Shown here: in pieces, positions 50,670 through 62,533 of the stretch
Layout: each line of letters opens with the position of its first letter
Numbering within the stretch: the first letter of the stretch is position 1
Assembly (NCBI GenBank): GCA_051313645.2
Contig: JBNRSN020000023.1
Coordinates: 77,128,001 to 77,192,000 of the forward strand
DNA from: Centroscyllium fabricii
Lineage: Eukaryota
Direction of reading: 5' to 3'
Length of the DNA: 64,000 nt
Position numbers and translations under genes: made by a program
Notes under the pieces: model-generated
Told to the model about the DNA's origin: nothing
The model's database searches: none
What the model saw: only the letters and a program-made list of their open reading frames with translations

Positions 50670-53105
50670 AATGTCTGCGGGATGGTTTTTTGGAACAATA
50701 TGTCGAGGAACCAACCAGAGACCAGGCCATCCTTGACTGGGTATTATGTAACGAGAAAGGAGTAATTACCGATCTTGTGGTAAGGGGCCCCTTGGGTCTG
50801 AGTGATCATAACATGATCGAATTCCTCATTAGGATGGGGAGTGAGGTAGTGGAATCAGAGACTAGGGTCCTGAATCTAAATAAGGGAAACTATGATGGTA
50901 TGAGGTGCGAACTGGGTAAGATTGACTGTGGGATGTCACTCAAAGGGTTGACGGTGGATGGGCAATGGCAAATATTCAAAGGCTGCATGGATGAACTACA
51001 GAAGTTGTTCATCACAGTGTGGCACAAGAATAAAACAAAAAGGGTAACGCAACCGTGGCTGACGAGAGAAATTAGGGATAGCATAAGATCAAAGGAAAGG
51101 GCATATAACCTGGACTAAAAAGCGGTAACCCTGAGGATTGGGAACAGTTTAGGATTCAACAAAGGAGGACAAAGGGATTAATTAAGAAGGGGAAAATAGA
51201 ATATGATAGTAAACTTGCAGGGAATATAAAAACTGACTGTAAGAGCTTTTATAGATATGTAAAGAGGAGAAGATTGGTGAAATCAAGTGTAGGTCCCTTA
51301 CAGTCAGAAGCAGGGGAAGTGATAATGGGGAACAAAGAAATGGCAGACCAATTAAATGCATATTTTGGCTCTGTCTTCACAAAGGAGGACACAAGTAACC
51401 TCCCAGAGATATTGGGGAACATAAGGTTTGATGAAGGGGAGGAACTGAAGGATATCTGTATTTGCAGGGAAATGGTGTTAGGGAAATTGATGGGATTAAA
51501 GGCCGGTAAATCGCCAGGGCCTGATAATCTACATCCTAGGGTACTTAAGGAAGTGGCCCTAGAAATAGTGGATGCATTACTGATTATCTTCCAGCAATCG
51601 ATGGAATCTGGAACTGTACCCATGGATTGGAGGGTGGCTAATGTTACCCACTATTCAAGAAGGGTGGTAGGGAGAAAGCAGGAAATTACAGACCAGTAAG
51701 CCTGACATCGGTAGTGGGGAAGATGCTGGAGTCCATAATAAAGGATGTAATAGCTGAGCACTTGAAAATCAGTGGCAGGATCGGACAAAGTCAACATGGA
51801 TTTACAAAAGGTAAATCGTGATTGACTAATCTGCTGGAATCTTTTGAGGATGTAACTGGGAAAATTGATCAGGGAGAACCAGTAGATGTGGTATACTTGA
51901 ACTTTCAGAAGGCGTTCGACAAGGTCCTGCACAAGAGACTAGCATATAAAGTTAGGGCATATGGGATTGGGGGCAAGGTATTGACTTGGATTGAGATTTG
52001 GTTGGCGGACAGAAAGCAGAGAGTGGGAGTGAATGGGTCTTTTTCCGGGTGGCGGGCAGTGATTAGTGGGGTACCGCAGGGATCGGTCCTGGGACCCCAG
52101 CTATTCACAATATACATTAATGATTTAGAAAAGGGAACTAAATGTAATGTCTCCAAGTTTGCAGATGACACAAAGCTGGGAGGGCGTATGTGCTGCGAGA
52201 AGGATACCAGGAAGCTCCAGGATGATTTGGACAGGTTGGGCGAGTGGGCCGAGACATGGCAGATGCAGTATAATGTGGATAAATGCGAGGTTATCCACTT
52301 TCGGGGAAAAAACTGAAATGCCGACTATTATCTGAATGGCAATAGATTGGGAGAAGGGGAAGTACAATGAGACCTGGGTGTCCTGGTGCACCAGTCACTG
52401 AAGGTGAGCATGCAGGTGCAGCAGGCGGTTAAGAAGGCAAATGGTATGTTGGCCTTCATAGCGAAAGGGTTCGAGTACAGGAACAGGGAGGTCTTGCTGC
52501 AGTTGTACAGGGCCTTGGTGAGACCACACCTTGAGTACTGTGTGCAGTTTTGGTCTCCTTATCTAAGGAACGACGTTCTTGCCATGGAGGGAGTGCAGAG
52601 GAGATTCACCAGGCTGATACCTGGGATGGCAGGATTGACGTATGAGGAGAGACTGGGTAGACTGGGTTTGTACTCTCTGGAGTTTAGAAGATTGAGAGGG
52701 GATCTCATCGAAACGTATAAAATTCTAACTGGTCTGGACAAACTTGATGCAGGAAGAATGTTCCCGATGGTCGGAGAGTCCAGAACCAGGGGTCTTAGTC
52801 TAAGGATAAGGGGTAACTCATTTAGGACAGAGATGAGGAGGAATTTCTTCACCCAGAGAGTGGTGAACCTGTGGAATTCTCTACCACAGAGGGCGGTGGA
52901 GGCTAGTTCATTCAATATATTCAAGAAGGAGCTGGATGTATTTCTTAAGGCTAGAGGGATCAAGGGATACGGGGAGAAGGCAGGGACAGGGTACTGAGTT
53001 TGGATGATCAGCCATGATCTCACTGAATGGCGGAGCAGGCTCGAGGGGCCGAATGGCCTACTCCTGCTCCTATCTTCTATGATTCTATGTTTCTATGTTT
53101 CTATG
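50670..53105 (+). mobile_element. Longest CR1/HER1 copy: ORF2 from endonuclease end to tail, with stops and frameshifts
   Basis: PTRDQAILD, SDHN, KSPGPDNLHPRVLKE, FQKAFDKV, SGVPQGSVLGP, KFADDTK; (TTTCTATG)n tail. Confidence 0.95.
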
Positions 53106-53957
53106 AGTGAGTTACAGGCTGGAATCGAGGCATTCAGATGGTTTATATATCGAATAATGAGCACCTGGGAGTGAGTTACAGGCTGGAATCCAATTAATGG
53201 GGTTCAGATAGTTTATACAGTATAAGGAATAATGGATATCTGTGACTGAGTCACAGATAGTCGATGCACAGGAAGAATGGGCATATTCAGGAAATAATAT
53301 CGGAAATAAAGGGATGGAACAGAGAAAATGGGGCAGATCTCAACTTTATGCGATAGTGTAGAACGTGTGAAATCAATGGGAATGTAAATCGGGAAAGAAG
53401 CAAAACAGGGTGACGGCTCACTATCTGCCATTTTACACGATCACCCAAAGTCAACCCTAATCCATCCCAATCAGTTCTGCGTAGAAAGATTGTCTGCAAT
53501 TTTCCTGCAGTGAGTTTTCCCCACTGGCCAATGTTGAGTTGTGTGTCAGGCTTTGCCAGCACTATCAGGATAAAGTGCTCCCTACAGTTAGGCAGTGTTC
53601 CAAAAAAAAAAAATCTTGTTCGGAGACATTTGATCCCTATTTTAGCTTCTAGCTACGTAATTGGTGCTACTTTACTCTGAAAATCCTTTGTGCTTTGAAA
53701 GTGTAAACACACCACCCTGACCACTCTTCCTCCTCTGTACCTCCTCACTGTGTTGAAATTAAGATTTATCTCCTACTTTTATTCTTTTATACAAACTCAA
53801 CACTATGGAACTCCTCACTTTCCCTTCCTTCAGCAATTTGCAGGCTCAAAGTCTCAATCCTGATGGCAGCCAATCAAGATTTCTCTCATTATCTCTTTTG
53901 ATTGTATTTTCTAAAATATTCATTCGTGGGGTGTGGCCATCACTGGCAAGGTTGGCA

Positions 53958-54714
53958 TTGTGCGAACAACCTGGCACTGAACACCAAGAAAACTAAGGAG
54001 ATCATAGTGGACTTCCGGAGGACTGGAAGCAGAAGACACACCCCCATCTTCATCCAAGGGGCTGAGGTGGAAAGGGTGTCCAGCTTCAAGTTCCTCGGGG
54101 TCCACATCTCGGAAGACCTCTCCTGGTCACTAAACACCTCCTCTCTGGTTAAGAAGGCTCAACAGCGCCTGTACTTCCTAAGGAAACTGAAGAAAGCCAG
54201 GCTGTCATCTGGCATCCTCTCCAACTTCTACCGCTGCACAATAGAAAGCATACTGACAAGCTGCATCACTGTCTGGTATGGTAATTGCACTATCTCGGAC
54301 CGGAAAACCCTGCAGCGGGTAGTCAAAACTGCCCAACGAATCACCGGTACACAGCTACCGTCAATGGAAAGCATCTACCTCAAACGCTGTTTACGGAGGT
54401 CTCTGAACATTATTAAAGACCCCACACACCCCAGCCACAGTCTGTTCGCCCCCCTGCCCTCCGGGAGACGCTACAGATCAATTCGCACCCGCACGACTAG
54501 ATTTAAGCACAGCTTCTTCCCCAGGGCTGTCAGCCTCCTGAACTCTAAATAAATAAACTCCGGTACCTGCACGCCTGATAATGTACTTTACTGTATGCAA
54601 TTTGCATGTAATTTATTTGCACTACTCTCGGGAGAGTCGAGTCTTCGTCTCGTTGTATTGTACTAGTACTCTGCAATGACAGTAAAACTTGAATTGAATT
54701 AAATTGAATTGAAT
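53958..54714 (+). mobile_element. Rex1/Babar LINE 3' fragment
   Basis: Near-identical to 39752-40511; (TTGAA)n tail. Confidence 0.92.
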
Positions 54715-54799
54715 TTAGTGCCCATCCTTTAGTTGCCCTGAAAACGTGGAGTTGGGCCAACTGAGTGGCATTGCTGGGCCACTTCAGTGTGCAGTCAAG

Positions 54800-55530
54800 A
54801 TTGCAGTTCTGGTATCCATATTTAAGAAAGGACATACTTGCTCTCGAGGCAGTGCAAAGAAGGTTCACTCGGTTGATTCCGGGGATGAGGGGGCTGACAT
54901 ATGAGGAGAGGTTGAGTAGATTGGGCCTCTACACATTGGAGTTCAGAAGAATGAGAGGCGATCTTATCGAAACATATAAGATTGTGAAGGGGCTTGATCG
55001 GGTGGATGCGGTGAGGATGTTCCCAATGGTGGGTGAAACTAGGACTCGGGGGCATAGTCTTAAAATAAGGGGCTGCCCTTTCAAAGCTGAGATGAGGAGA
55101 AACTTCTTCAGTCAGAGGGTGGTGGGGCTGTGGAATTCGCTGCCCCAGAGAGCTGTGGAAGCTACTACATTGAATAAATTTAAAACAGAGATAGACAGTT
55201 TCCTGGAAGTAAAGGGAATTAGGGGTTATGGTGAGCGGGCAGGTAAGTGGACGTGAGGCTAGGTTCAGATTGGCCATGTGATCTCCTGGACCAGTTTTCA
55301 ATCGCCTGGATGGGTCGGAGAGGAATTTTCCAGATTTTTTCTCCCAAATTGGCCACTGGGGTTTTTATCTGTTTTTTCGCCTCTCCCAGGTGATCACATG
55401 GGTTTGGGTGGGGTGGAGAGTTAAAATAAAATTGAGGTTAGGATCAGATCAGCCATGATCTTGTCGAATGGCGGAGCAGGCTCAAGGTGCCGACTGGCCG
55501 ACTCCTGCTCCTGTTTCTTATTTTCTTATG
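54800..55530 (+). mobile_element. CR1 3' fragment (subfamily with longer 3'UTR)
   Basis: QFWYPYLRKDILALEAVQRRFTRLIPG...FFSQRVVGLWNSLP. Confidence 0.88.
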
Positions 55531-55926
55531 CAAAAAGTCACACAACACCAGGTTTATAGTCCAACGTTTTATTTTAAATCACAAGCTTTCGGAGCGATGC
55601 TCCTTCCTCAGGCGGCAGAAGAGACTGATTTGAAGATCACACATATCGGAGGAAGGGAGAAATCCGACCTCTTCCCCTAGAGCACACAAGCATATTAGCA
55701 TACCTTAACCTTAAGGTATGCTAATATGCTTGTGTGCTCTAGGGGAAGAGGTCGGATTTCTCCCTTCCTCCGATATGTGTGATCTTCAAATCAGTCTCTT
55801 CTGCCGCCTGAGGAAGGAGCATCGCTCCGAAAGCTTGTGATTTAAAATAAAACGTTGGACTATAAACCTGGTGTTGTGTGACTTTTTGCATTTGTCCACC
55901 CCAGTCCAACACCGGCACCTCCACAT
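55528..55926. mobile_element. Penelope pLTR insertion forming a perfect inverted repeat
   Basis: 181-bp arms 55528-55708 and 55711-55891, CC spacer, 35-nt tail, 13-bp TSD TTATTTTCTTATG. Confidence 0.92.
55804..55840 (+). ncRNA. Minimal hammerhead ribozyme (mirror copy at 55579-55615, minus strand)
   Basis: CCGC-CTGAGGA-AGGAGC ATC GCTCC-GAAA-GCTT-GTGA. Confidence 0.78.
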
Positions 55927-56161
55927 TATTTTCTTATGTTCAATGATTGCTGTGGGTCTGGAGTCACATATAGGCCAGACCGGGTAAGGGCGGCAGATTT
56001 CCTTCCCTGAAGGACATCAGTGAACCAGTTGGGTTTTTACGACAATCCGATAATTTCATGGTCACCATTACTGACACTAGCTTTTAATTTCCAGATTTGT
56101 TAAACTAAATTCAGATTCTCAAACTGCTATCCTGGAATTTGCACGCATGTTCTCTGGATTG

Positions 56162-56865
56162 ATAGAAACATAGAAGCAGGAGTTGGCCATTCGGCCCCTC
56201 GAGCCTGTTCCACCATTTAATGAGATCATGGATGATCATCCAGATTCAGTACCCTTTCCCTGCCTTCTCCCCATATCCCTTGATCCCTTTAGCCTTAAGA
56301 AATATATCTAACTCCTTCTTGAATATATTCAATGAATTGGCCTCTACTGCCTTCTGTGATAGAGAATTCCACAGGTTCACCACTCTCTGGGTGAAGAAAT
56401 TCCTCCTCATCTCAGTCCTAAATGGCTTACCCCTTATCCTTAGACTGTGGCCCCTGGTTGTGGACTCCTCTGGCCATCGGGAACATCCTTCCTGCATCTA
56501 GTCTGTCCAGTCCTGTTAGAATTCTATAAGTTTCGATGAGATCCCCTCTCATTCTTCGATATAAGCCTAATCGACCCAATCTCTCCTCATATGTCATTCC
56601 TGCCATCCCAGGTATCAGTCTGGTGAATCTTTGCTGCACTCTCTCCATGGCAAGAACTTCCTTCCTCAGATAAGGTGACCAAAACTGCACACAATACTCA
56701 AGGTGTGGCATCACGTACACCCTGTACAACTGCAGCAAGGCATCCTTGTTCCTGTACTCGAACCCTCTTGCTATGGAGGACAACATACCATTTGCCTTCT
56801 TAACCGTCTGCTGCACCTGCATGCTTACCTTCTGTGACTGGTGCACAAGGACGACCAGGTCTCGT
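56162..56865 (-). mobile_element. CR1 3' fragment
   Basis: VKKANGML..PHLEYCVQFWSPY..FFTQRVVNLWNSL. Confidence 0.9.
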
Positions 56866-57183
56866 CATCAGTGAGAATGGTGATTAAAAACATCTACCCA
56901 CCATAGTGCAAATTAAAAACTGCAACAAACATCTTTTAAACCATGTACAGCTGATCAAATTTTTTTTAAATCCAATTTCTAATCAATGCATGCCCACAGA
57001 CCCCTGAAGGTAGCAGGACAGTAGATAAGGTGGTTAAGAAAGCATATGAGATACTTTCTTTTATCAGCCAAGTCATAGAATATCAGAGCAGGGAGGTTAT
57101 GCTTGAACTGTATAAAACACAAGTTACGCCACAGCTAGAATACTGCGTACAGCTCTGGTCACCACATTAAAGGAAAGATGTGA

Positions 57184-58854
57184 AATAACAACAGAAAATG
57201 CTAGAAAAACTCAGTAGGCCAGGCAACATCCGTGGAGAGAAATATAGAGCAATTGGGGGGATTTTCATGTCCCCGTGAGGCGGGGTTTTCGGTGGCTCGG
57301 CCGGCAAAACAGCACAACCAATGGGTCGCGACCCCCCTGCCATATCCCCTCCGCTTTATCATTTTCCCCCGCCCTGATTCCCTGCCCCGAAGCCTTCCTG
57401 CCGCCAGCCGGCGGGGATGGGTTGTCACCTCATTAAGGGCCCTTAATTGGCATCTTTAATGGGTGGCACGGTGGCACAGTGGTTAGCACTGTTGCTTTAC
57501 AGCACTAGGGACCCGGGTTCAAATCCAGCCTCGGGTACTATCTGTGTGGAGTTTGCACATTCTCCCCGTGTCTGCGTGGGTTTCCTCCGGGTGCTCCAGT
57601 TTCCTCCCACAGTCCAAAGATGTGCGGGTTAAGTTGATTGGCCATGATAAATTGACCCTTAGTGTTAGGGGGATTGAATATGTGGGGTTACGGGGATAGG
57701 GTGGGATATGTGTCGGCTCGATAGGGATTTGGGGACAAGGTGGGGCGGGGTACTGGGTTTGGATGATCAGCCATGATCTCATTGAATGGCGGAGCAGGCT
57801 CGAAGTGCCGAATGGCCTACTCCTGCTCCTATCGTCTATGTTTCTATGTTTCTATGTTTAATCACATTTTAAGGGCCCTCAGCTATTTTGAGCTGTTTTC
57901 CACCCTAACCCCGTCACCTTAAACCCCGCTGGGTGAAACCCAACTGGAACACAGCACTGGTCATTACTTTCTCCTTCAAGGTGTGAAGGACATGCTGCCA
58001 AATGCTTGGCATGCCTCCAGCACCTTAGAGGAGTAAGTCACTCTGTGGTGGCTGCACCAGCGGTGAGCAAAAACTGAGAAATCTCAGCTTTGCACATTTG
58101 CTCACAGCCGGTGCCGAGCTGTCAAGGATTCAGAGCCCGCCCGCCCACCTGTCAGTCACCAGCACTTGACCTTTCCCATTGATTCCACTCGACTGTGATG
58201 TCACAGTGGAGTGTTTCCATGGGAACTGTCAACAACCAGTGCTGGAACTGTCAATCAAACTGCTCGATCCCCGCTGCAGCCCGACTCGATTGAGTTAATT
58301 ACCACCGGCTGCCACATGCGGGGATTTAATAACTCAAATAAATTTAAATTGCGTGGGCTTCCCACGTGTTTGGGTGGGTGGGCGGGACAGGAAGCCGCCC
58401 AGACCAATCCCCGCCATGTTCCCGCACTTACGGCAAAGTCCACCCCCATGTTTCGGGTTAGGTCCCTTCGTCAAGACTAAAGCAACAAAATGAAACAGGT
58501 AGGAAGGCCGGGGTAGTTGGGAGGGAACAAAGGGAAGAGAAAACAGAAGAGAGAAGACATTAAGAGGTATTCAAAATGAGATGAGATGCTGATGGGGCTG
58601 TGGGCAGGAGATAGCTGTAGATTAGGTGTGAAAAGCACTGGCAGAATGGGAGGCGGCTGCCATGAGAGAAAGAGAAAAAAAAGGTGAAATAAAAGGTGTG
58701 GATAAAAATATAATGGGGGCCGAAGTTATGATCTGAAATTGTTGAACTCGATATTGAGTCCGGAGGGCTGTAATGTGCCCAATCGGAAGATGAGGTGTTG
58801 TTCCTCGAGTTGTTATTTCGGATTTCCAGCATCTGTAGTATTTTGCTATCGTAC
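57184..58854 (-). mobile_element. Penelope 3' end and pLTR inserted in CR1, split by a MITE
   Basis: 13-bp TSD AGGAAAGATGTGA at 57171-57183 and 58855-58867; short inverted pLTR piece at 58810-58850. Confidence 0.8.
57255..58447. mobile_element. Harbinger-type MITE, family A, with nested HE1 SINE (57461-57856)
   Basis: Inverted homologue of 24577-25413; TSD ATT/ATG; SINE TSD TTTAAT. Confidence 0.8.
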
Positions 58855-58999
58855 AGGAAAGATGTGATTGCACGAGAGAGGGTGCAGAGGAGATTTACGT
58901 TGATGTTGCCAGGAATGGAGAATTTTAGCTACGAGGAACGTTTGGACAGGCTGGGGTTGTTTTCTTTGGAACGGAGGAGGCTTGAGGGGAGAAAGAAAG

Positions 59000-59440
59000 A
59001 CGGTAATTTAAATAGCGCCCTTCATGACCACTGGACATCTCAAATCGCTTTGCAGTAGTTTTGAAGTGTAGTCACTGTTAAAATGTGGGAAATACAGCAG
59101 CCAATTTGCACACAGCAAGATCCCACAAACAGCAATGCGATGAAACCAGATAATCTGGTATTTTTTGTTATGTTGGTTGAGGGATAAATATCCGCCAGGA
59201 CACCGTCCCTACTCTTCTTTGAAATAGTGCCATGGAAATCTTTTACGCCCACCTGAGAGAGCAGATGGGTCCTCGCTTTACCATCTCATCTGAAAGCTGG
59301 CACCTCCGACAGTGCAGCACTCCCTCAGCATTGCACTGGAGTGTCAGCCTAACTTTACGTGTTCAAGTCCCTGGAGTGTGACTTGAACCAACAACCTTCT
59401 GACTCAGAGGCGAGTGTGCTGCCCACTGAGCCACAGCAGA
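59000..59440 (-). mobile_element. SacSINE1-like Deu-SINE
   Basis: Homologous to 23737-24193. Confidence 0.78.
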
Positions 59441-59844
59441 CTTTAATTGAGCTGCATAAAATCATGAGGGGCCAAGATAGAACAGATAAGAAGGACCTAA
59501 CTCCCTTAGCAGCGAGGTCAATAACCAGGGGGCATAGATTTAAAGTAGTTGGTTCAAAGTTCAAAGTTCAAAGTTCAATTTTATTTGTCATTGTACAGCG
59601 AACAAACACCATACAACGAAATGCTTACTGCTACCCGACACACCGTGCAACAACAACACGGTGTAAGGATTAGAGGGGAGTTGAGGAGAACTTTTATCAC
59701 CCAGAGGGTGGCGGGGGTCTGGAACTCACTGCCTGAAAGGGTGGTAGAGGCAGAAACCCTCATCACATTTAAAAAGTACTTGGATGTACAATTGAAGTCC
59801 CGTTAGCTACAGGGCTACAGACCAAGAGCTGGAAAGTGGGATTG

Positions 59845-60249
59845 AAACATAGAAACATAGAAGATAGGAGCAGGAGTAGGCCATTCGGCCCTTCGAGCCT
59901 GCTCCGCCATTCAATGAGATCATGGCTGATCATCCAAACCCAGTACCCCGCCCCTGCCCTCTCCCCATATCCCTCGATCCCTATCGAGCCTGCACCGACA
60001 CATATCCCACCCTATCCCCTTAACCCCACATATTCAATCCCCCTAACACTAAGGGTCAATTTATCCTGGCCAATCAACCTAACCCGCACATCTTTGGACT
60101 GTGGGAGGAAACCGGAGCACCCGGAGGAAACCCACGCAGACACGGGGAGAATGTGCAAACTCCACACAGATAGTATCCGAGGCTGGATTTGAACCCGGGT
60201 CTCCAGAGCTGTGAGGCAACAGTGCTAACCACTATACCACCGTGCCGAC
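59845..60249 (-). mobile_element. Full-length HE1 V-SINE
   Basis: tRNA head, V-domain, CR1 tail. Confidence 0.9.
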
Positions 60250-60832
60250 CATAGGCTGGATAGCTCTTTTTCAGCCGGCACGGACACGATGGGCCGAATG
60301 GCCTCCTTCTGTGCCGTATATTGCAATGATTCTCTGAGTCTATAAATCCACACCAGGCCTCTGGTTTAGCAGTTCAGCAACCGCGGTAACTTTTTATTTT
60401 TCATAATGGGATTTGGCCGCTTCACCATCTATTATCAAATGAAATGTGAAGGTGCAGTGGTGCTTCTTTCTTCTTTTGGAGCAGCCCCATGGTGAGTTTT
60501 CACAGTCAGAAGGAAACCGCTTGACTGACTGGCGGCTGAAGGACTATTGGCAGCAGTGTTCCGCTTGCGCTGAATCCTCCTGCTTTGAACATCTCTGATC
60601 CGCATCCCAGAACACAGAAGGTGATGAGCGTATGATTTCCTGCCGTGTCGCACGTGGGTGGTCCTCACAGCTAACATGATCTGACAGGGTCCCTACAGCT
60701 GGCGAGTCTCTGACTGAGAATTCTGTGCGGGTCAGTTGAAAGTATCTGCAGAACATCAAATACGTCCTGAGTTGGCAGCGAGCTCTCTGAATCATTTTTT
60801 AAAATTGCCCTTACTGAGATTGCAGAGAAGTA

Positions 60833-61279
60833 CAGGTTGAGCACCGTTAATCCGTTACCCGAAAAACCGGCAGCTTCAGACGTCCGGCAACGACTGCCCT
60901 GCGCATGCACAAAATGACCGCCACGCGTGGATGCGCATGCCCGGGCCTCGCCGACTGGTTTGCGCATGTGCAACATGGCCGCCACGCTTGGCTGCGCATG
61001 CCTGGGCCTCCCCGAACGATTGATGCTTCGGCGAATGATCTGCACATGCGCCGTCGAACGGCGAGCGCGTGCACAGACGATTCAAATCTTCGGTGGGCAT
61101 TTTGAATAATCTGCGCACGCGCCGCCGAACGGCAAGTGCACGCGCAGAGCTTTGGACATTTTGCGGCGGCCATTTTGAATGCTCTGCGCATGCGCCACTG
61201 AAGTTTCAATCATTCGGAGTTTTCAACAATTCGGCACGGTGTTGGTCCCGACCTTGCCGGATTAACGGTGTTCAACCTG
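60833..61279. mobile_element. pogo/Tigger-like MITE
   Basis: TIR CAGGTTGAGCACCGTTAATCCG, TA TSD on both sides. Confidence 0.88.
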
Positions 61280-61440
61280 TACTTCATATGCTCACACCCC
61301 ATTTCCATTTCTCGTTCAGCCAGCCAAACACCCTAATGCCTGCTGCTGAGTCTGGAGCCCTTCCCAGCCGCCAACCCCCTCCTTTAAAGGGGTATCACCC
61401 CTTTAAGGAGCGGTTATCGGTATATCTTTGGTGACCGATC

Positions 61441-61900
61441 GTGTCAGCCGTGGCTCAGTGGGCAGCACTCTCGCCTCTGGAATCAGAAAGTTGTGGGTTT
61501 GAATCACACTCCAGTGAGTTGAGCACAAAAAACTAGGCTGACAATCCAGTGCACTGCTGAGGGAGTGCTGCTCCAGCGGAGGTGCCGGCTTTTGGATGAG
61601 TTGTTAAACTGAGGTCCCATCTGCTCTCTCAGGTGGGTGTAAAAGATCCCACGGCCACTATTTTGAAGAAGAGCAGGGGGAGTTCTGGGGCCAATATTTA
61701 TCCCTCAATCAACATCACAAAAAGAGATTATCTGGTCATTATCACATTGCTGTTTGTGGGAGCTTGCTGTGCGCAGATTAGCTGCTGCGTTTTCCTACAT
61801 TACAACAGTGACTGCACTTCAAAAAGTACTTCATTGGCTGTAAAGTGCTTTGGGGCGTCCTGAGGTTGTGAAAGGCGCTATGGAAATGCAATTCTTTCTT
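61441..61900 (+). mobile_element. SacSINE1-like Deu-SINE
   Basis: GTGGCTCAGTGG A-box, Deu-like core, L2-type tail. Confidence 0.8.
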
Positions 61901-62144
61901 TATGAAGCAGCAACTGCAATTTGCTGTCAAAATGACATCAGAACTATGACCATTCTGAACTGCACAAAGTGGAATGCAATATTTGTAGCAATCATAAATT
62001 ACTCCTGTTGCTAACTTTAGCAAACGTAAGTTGCGTAAGTACAAAAATGGGACCTTTGTGCTCACACCAACATTTTCACCACGAACAAGAGGAATAAGTT
62101 AGGGCTGCAGTCAATGAAGCGGTGTGTAGTTCCCCTCCCAAGTC

Positions 62145-62533
62145 ACATAGAAATATAGAAGATAGGAGCAGGAGTAGGCCATTCGGCCCTTCGAGTCTGC
62201 TCCACCATTCAATGAGATCATGGCTGATCATCCAAACCCAGAACCCCGCCCCTGCCCTCTCCCTATATCCCTCTCGAGCCTGCACCGACACACATCCCAC
62301 CCTATCCCCGCAACCCCACATATTCAATTCCCCTAACACTGAGGGTCAATTTATCGTGGCTAATCAACCTAACCCGCACATCTTTGGACTGTGGGAGGAA
62401 ACCGGAGCACCCGGAGGAAACCCACGCAGACACGGGGAGAATGTGCAAACTCCACACAGATAGCACCCGAGGCTGGATTTGAACCCGGGTCTCCAGAGCT
62501 GTGAGGCAACAGTGCTAATCACTGTGCCACCGT
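62145..62533 (-). mobile_element. HE1 V-SINE
   Basis: Same structure as the other HE1 copies. Confidence 0.9.

Larger units (their letters stand above)
49225..53255. repeat. Degenerate roughly 65-70-bp minisatellite (GTGAGTTACAGGCTGGAATC) split by nested LINEs
   Basis: Units at 49225-49420, 50647-50670 and 53106-53255. Confidence 0.65.

Noticed and set aside
50066-51118. 350-aa ORF as a novel fusion gene
   Set aside because: It is chance read-through from one LINE 3' end, through its UTR and a minisatellite piece, into a different CR1.
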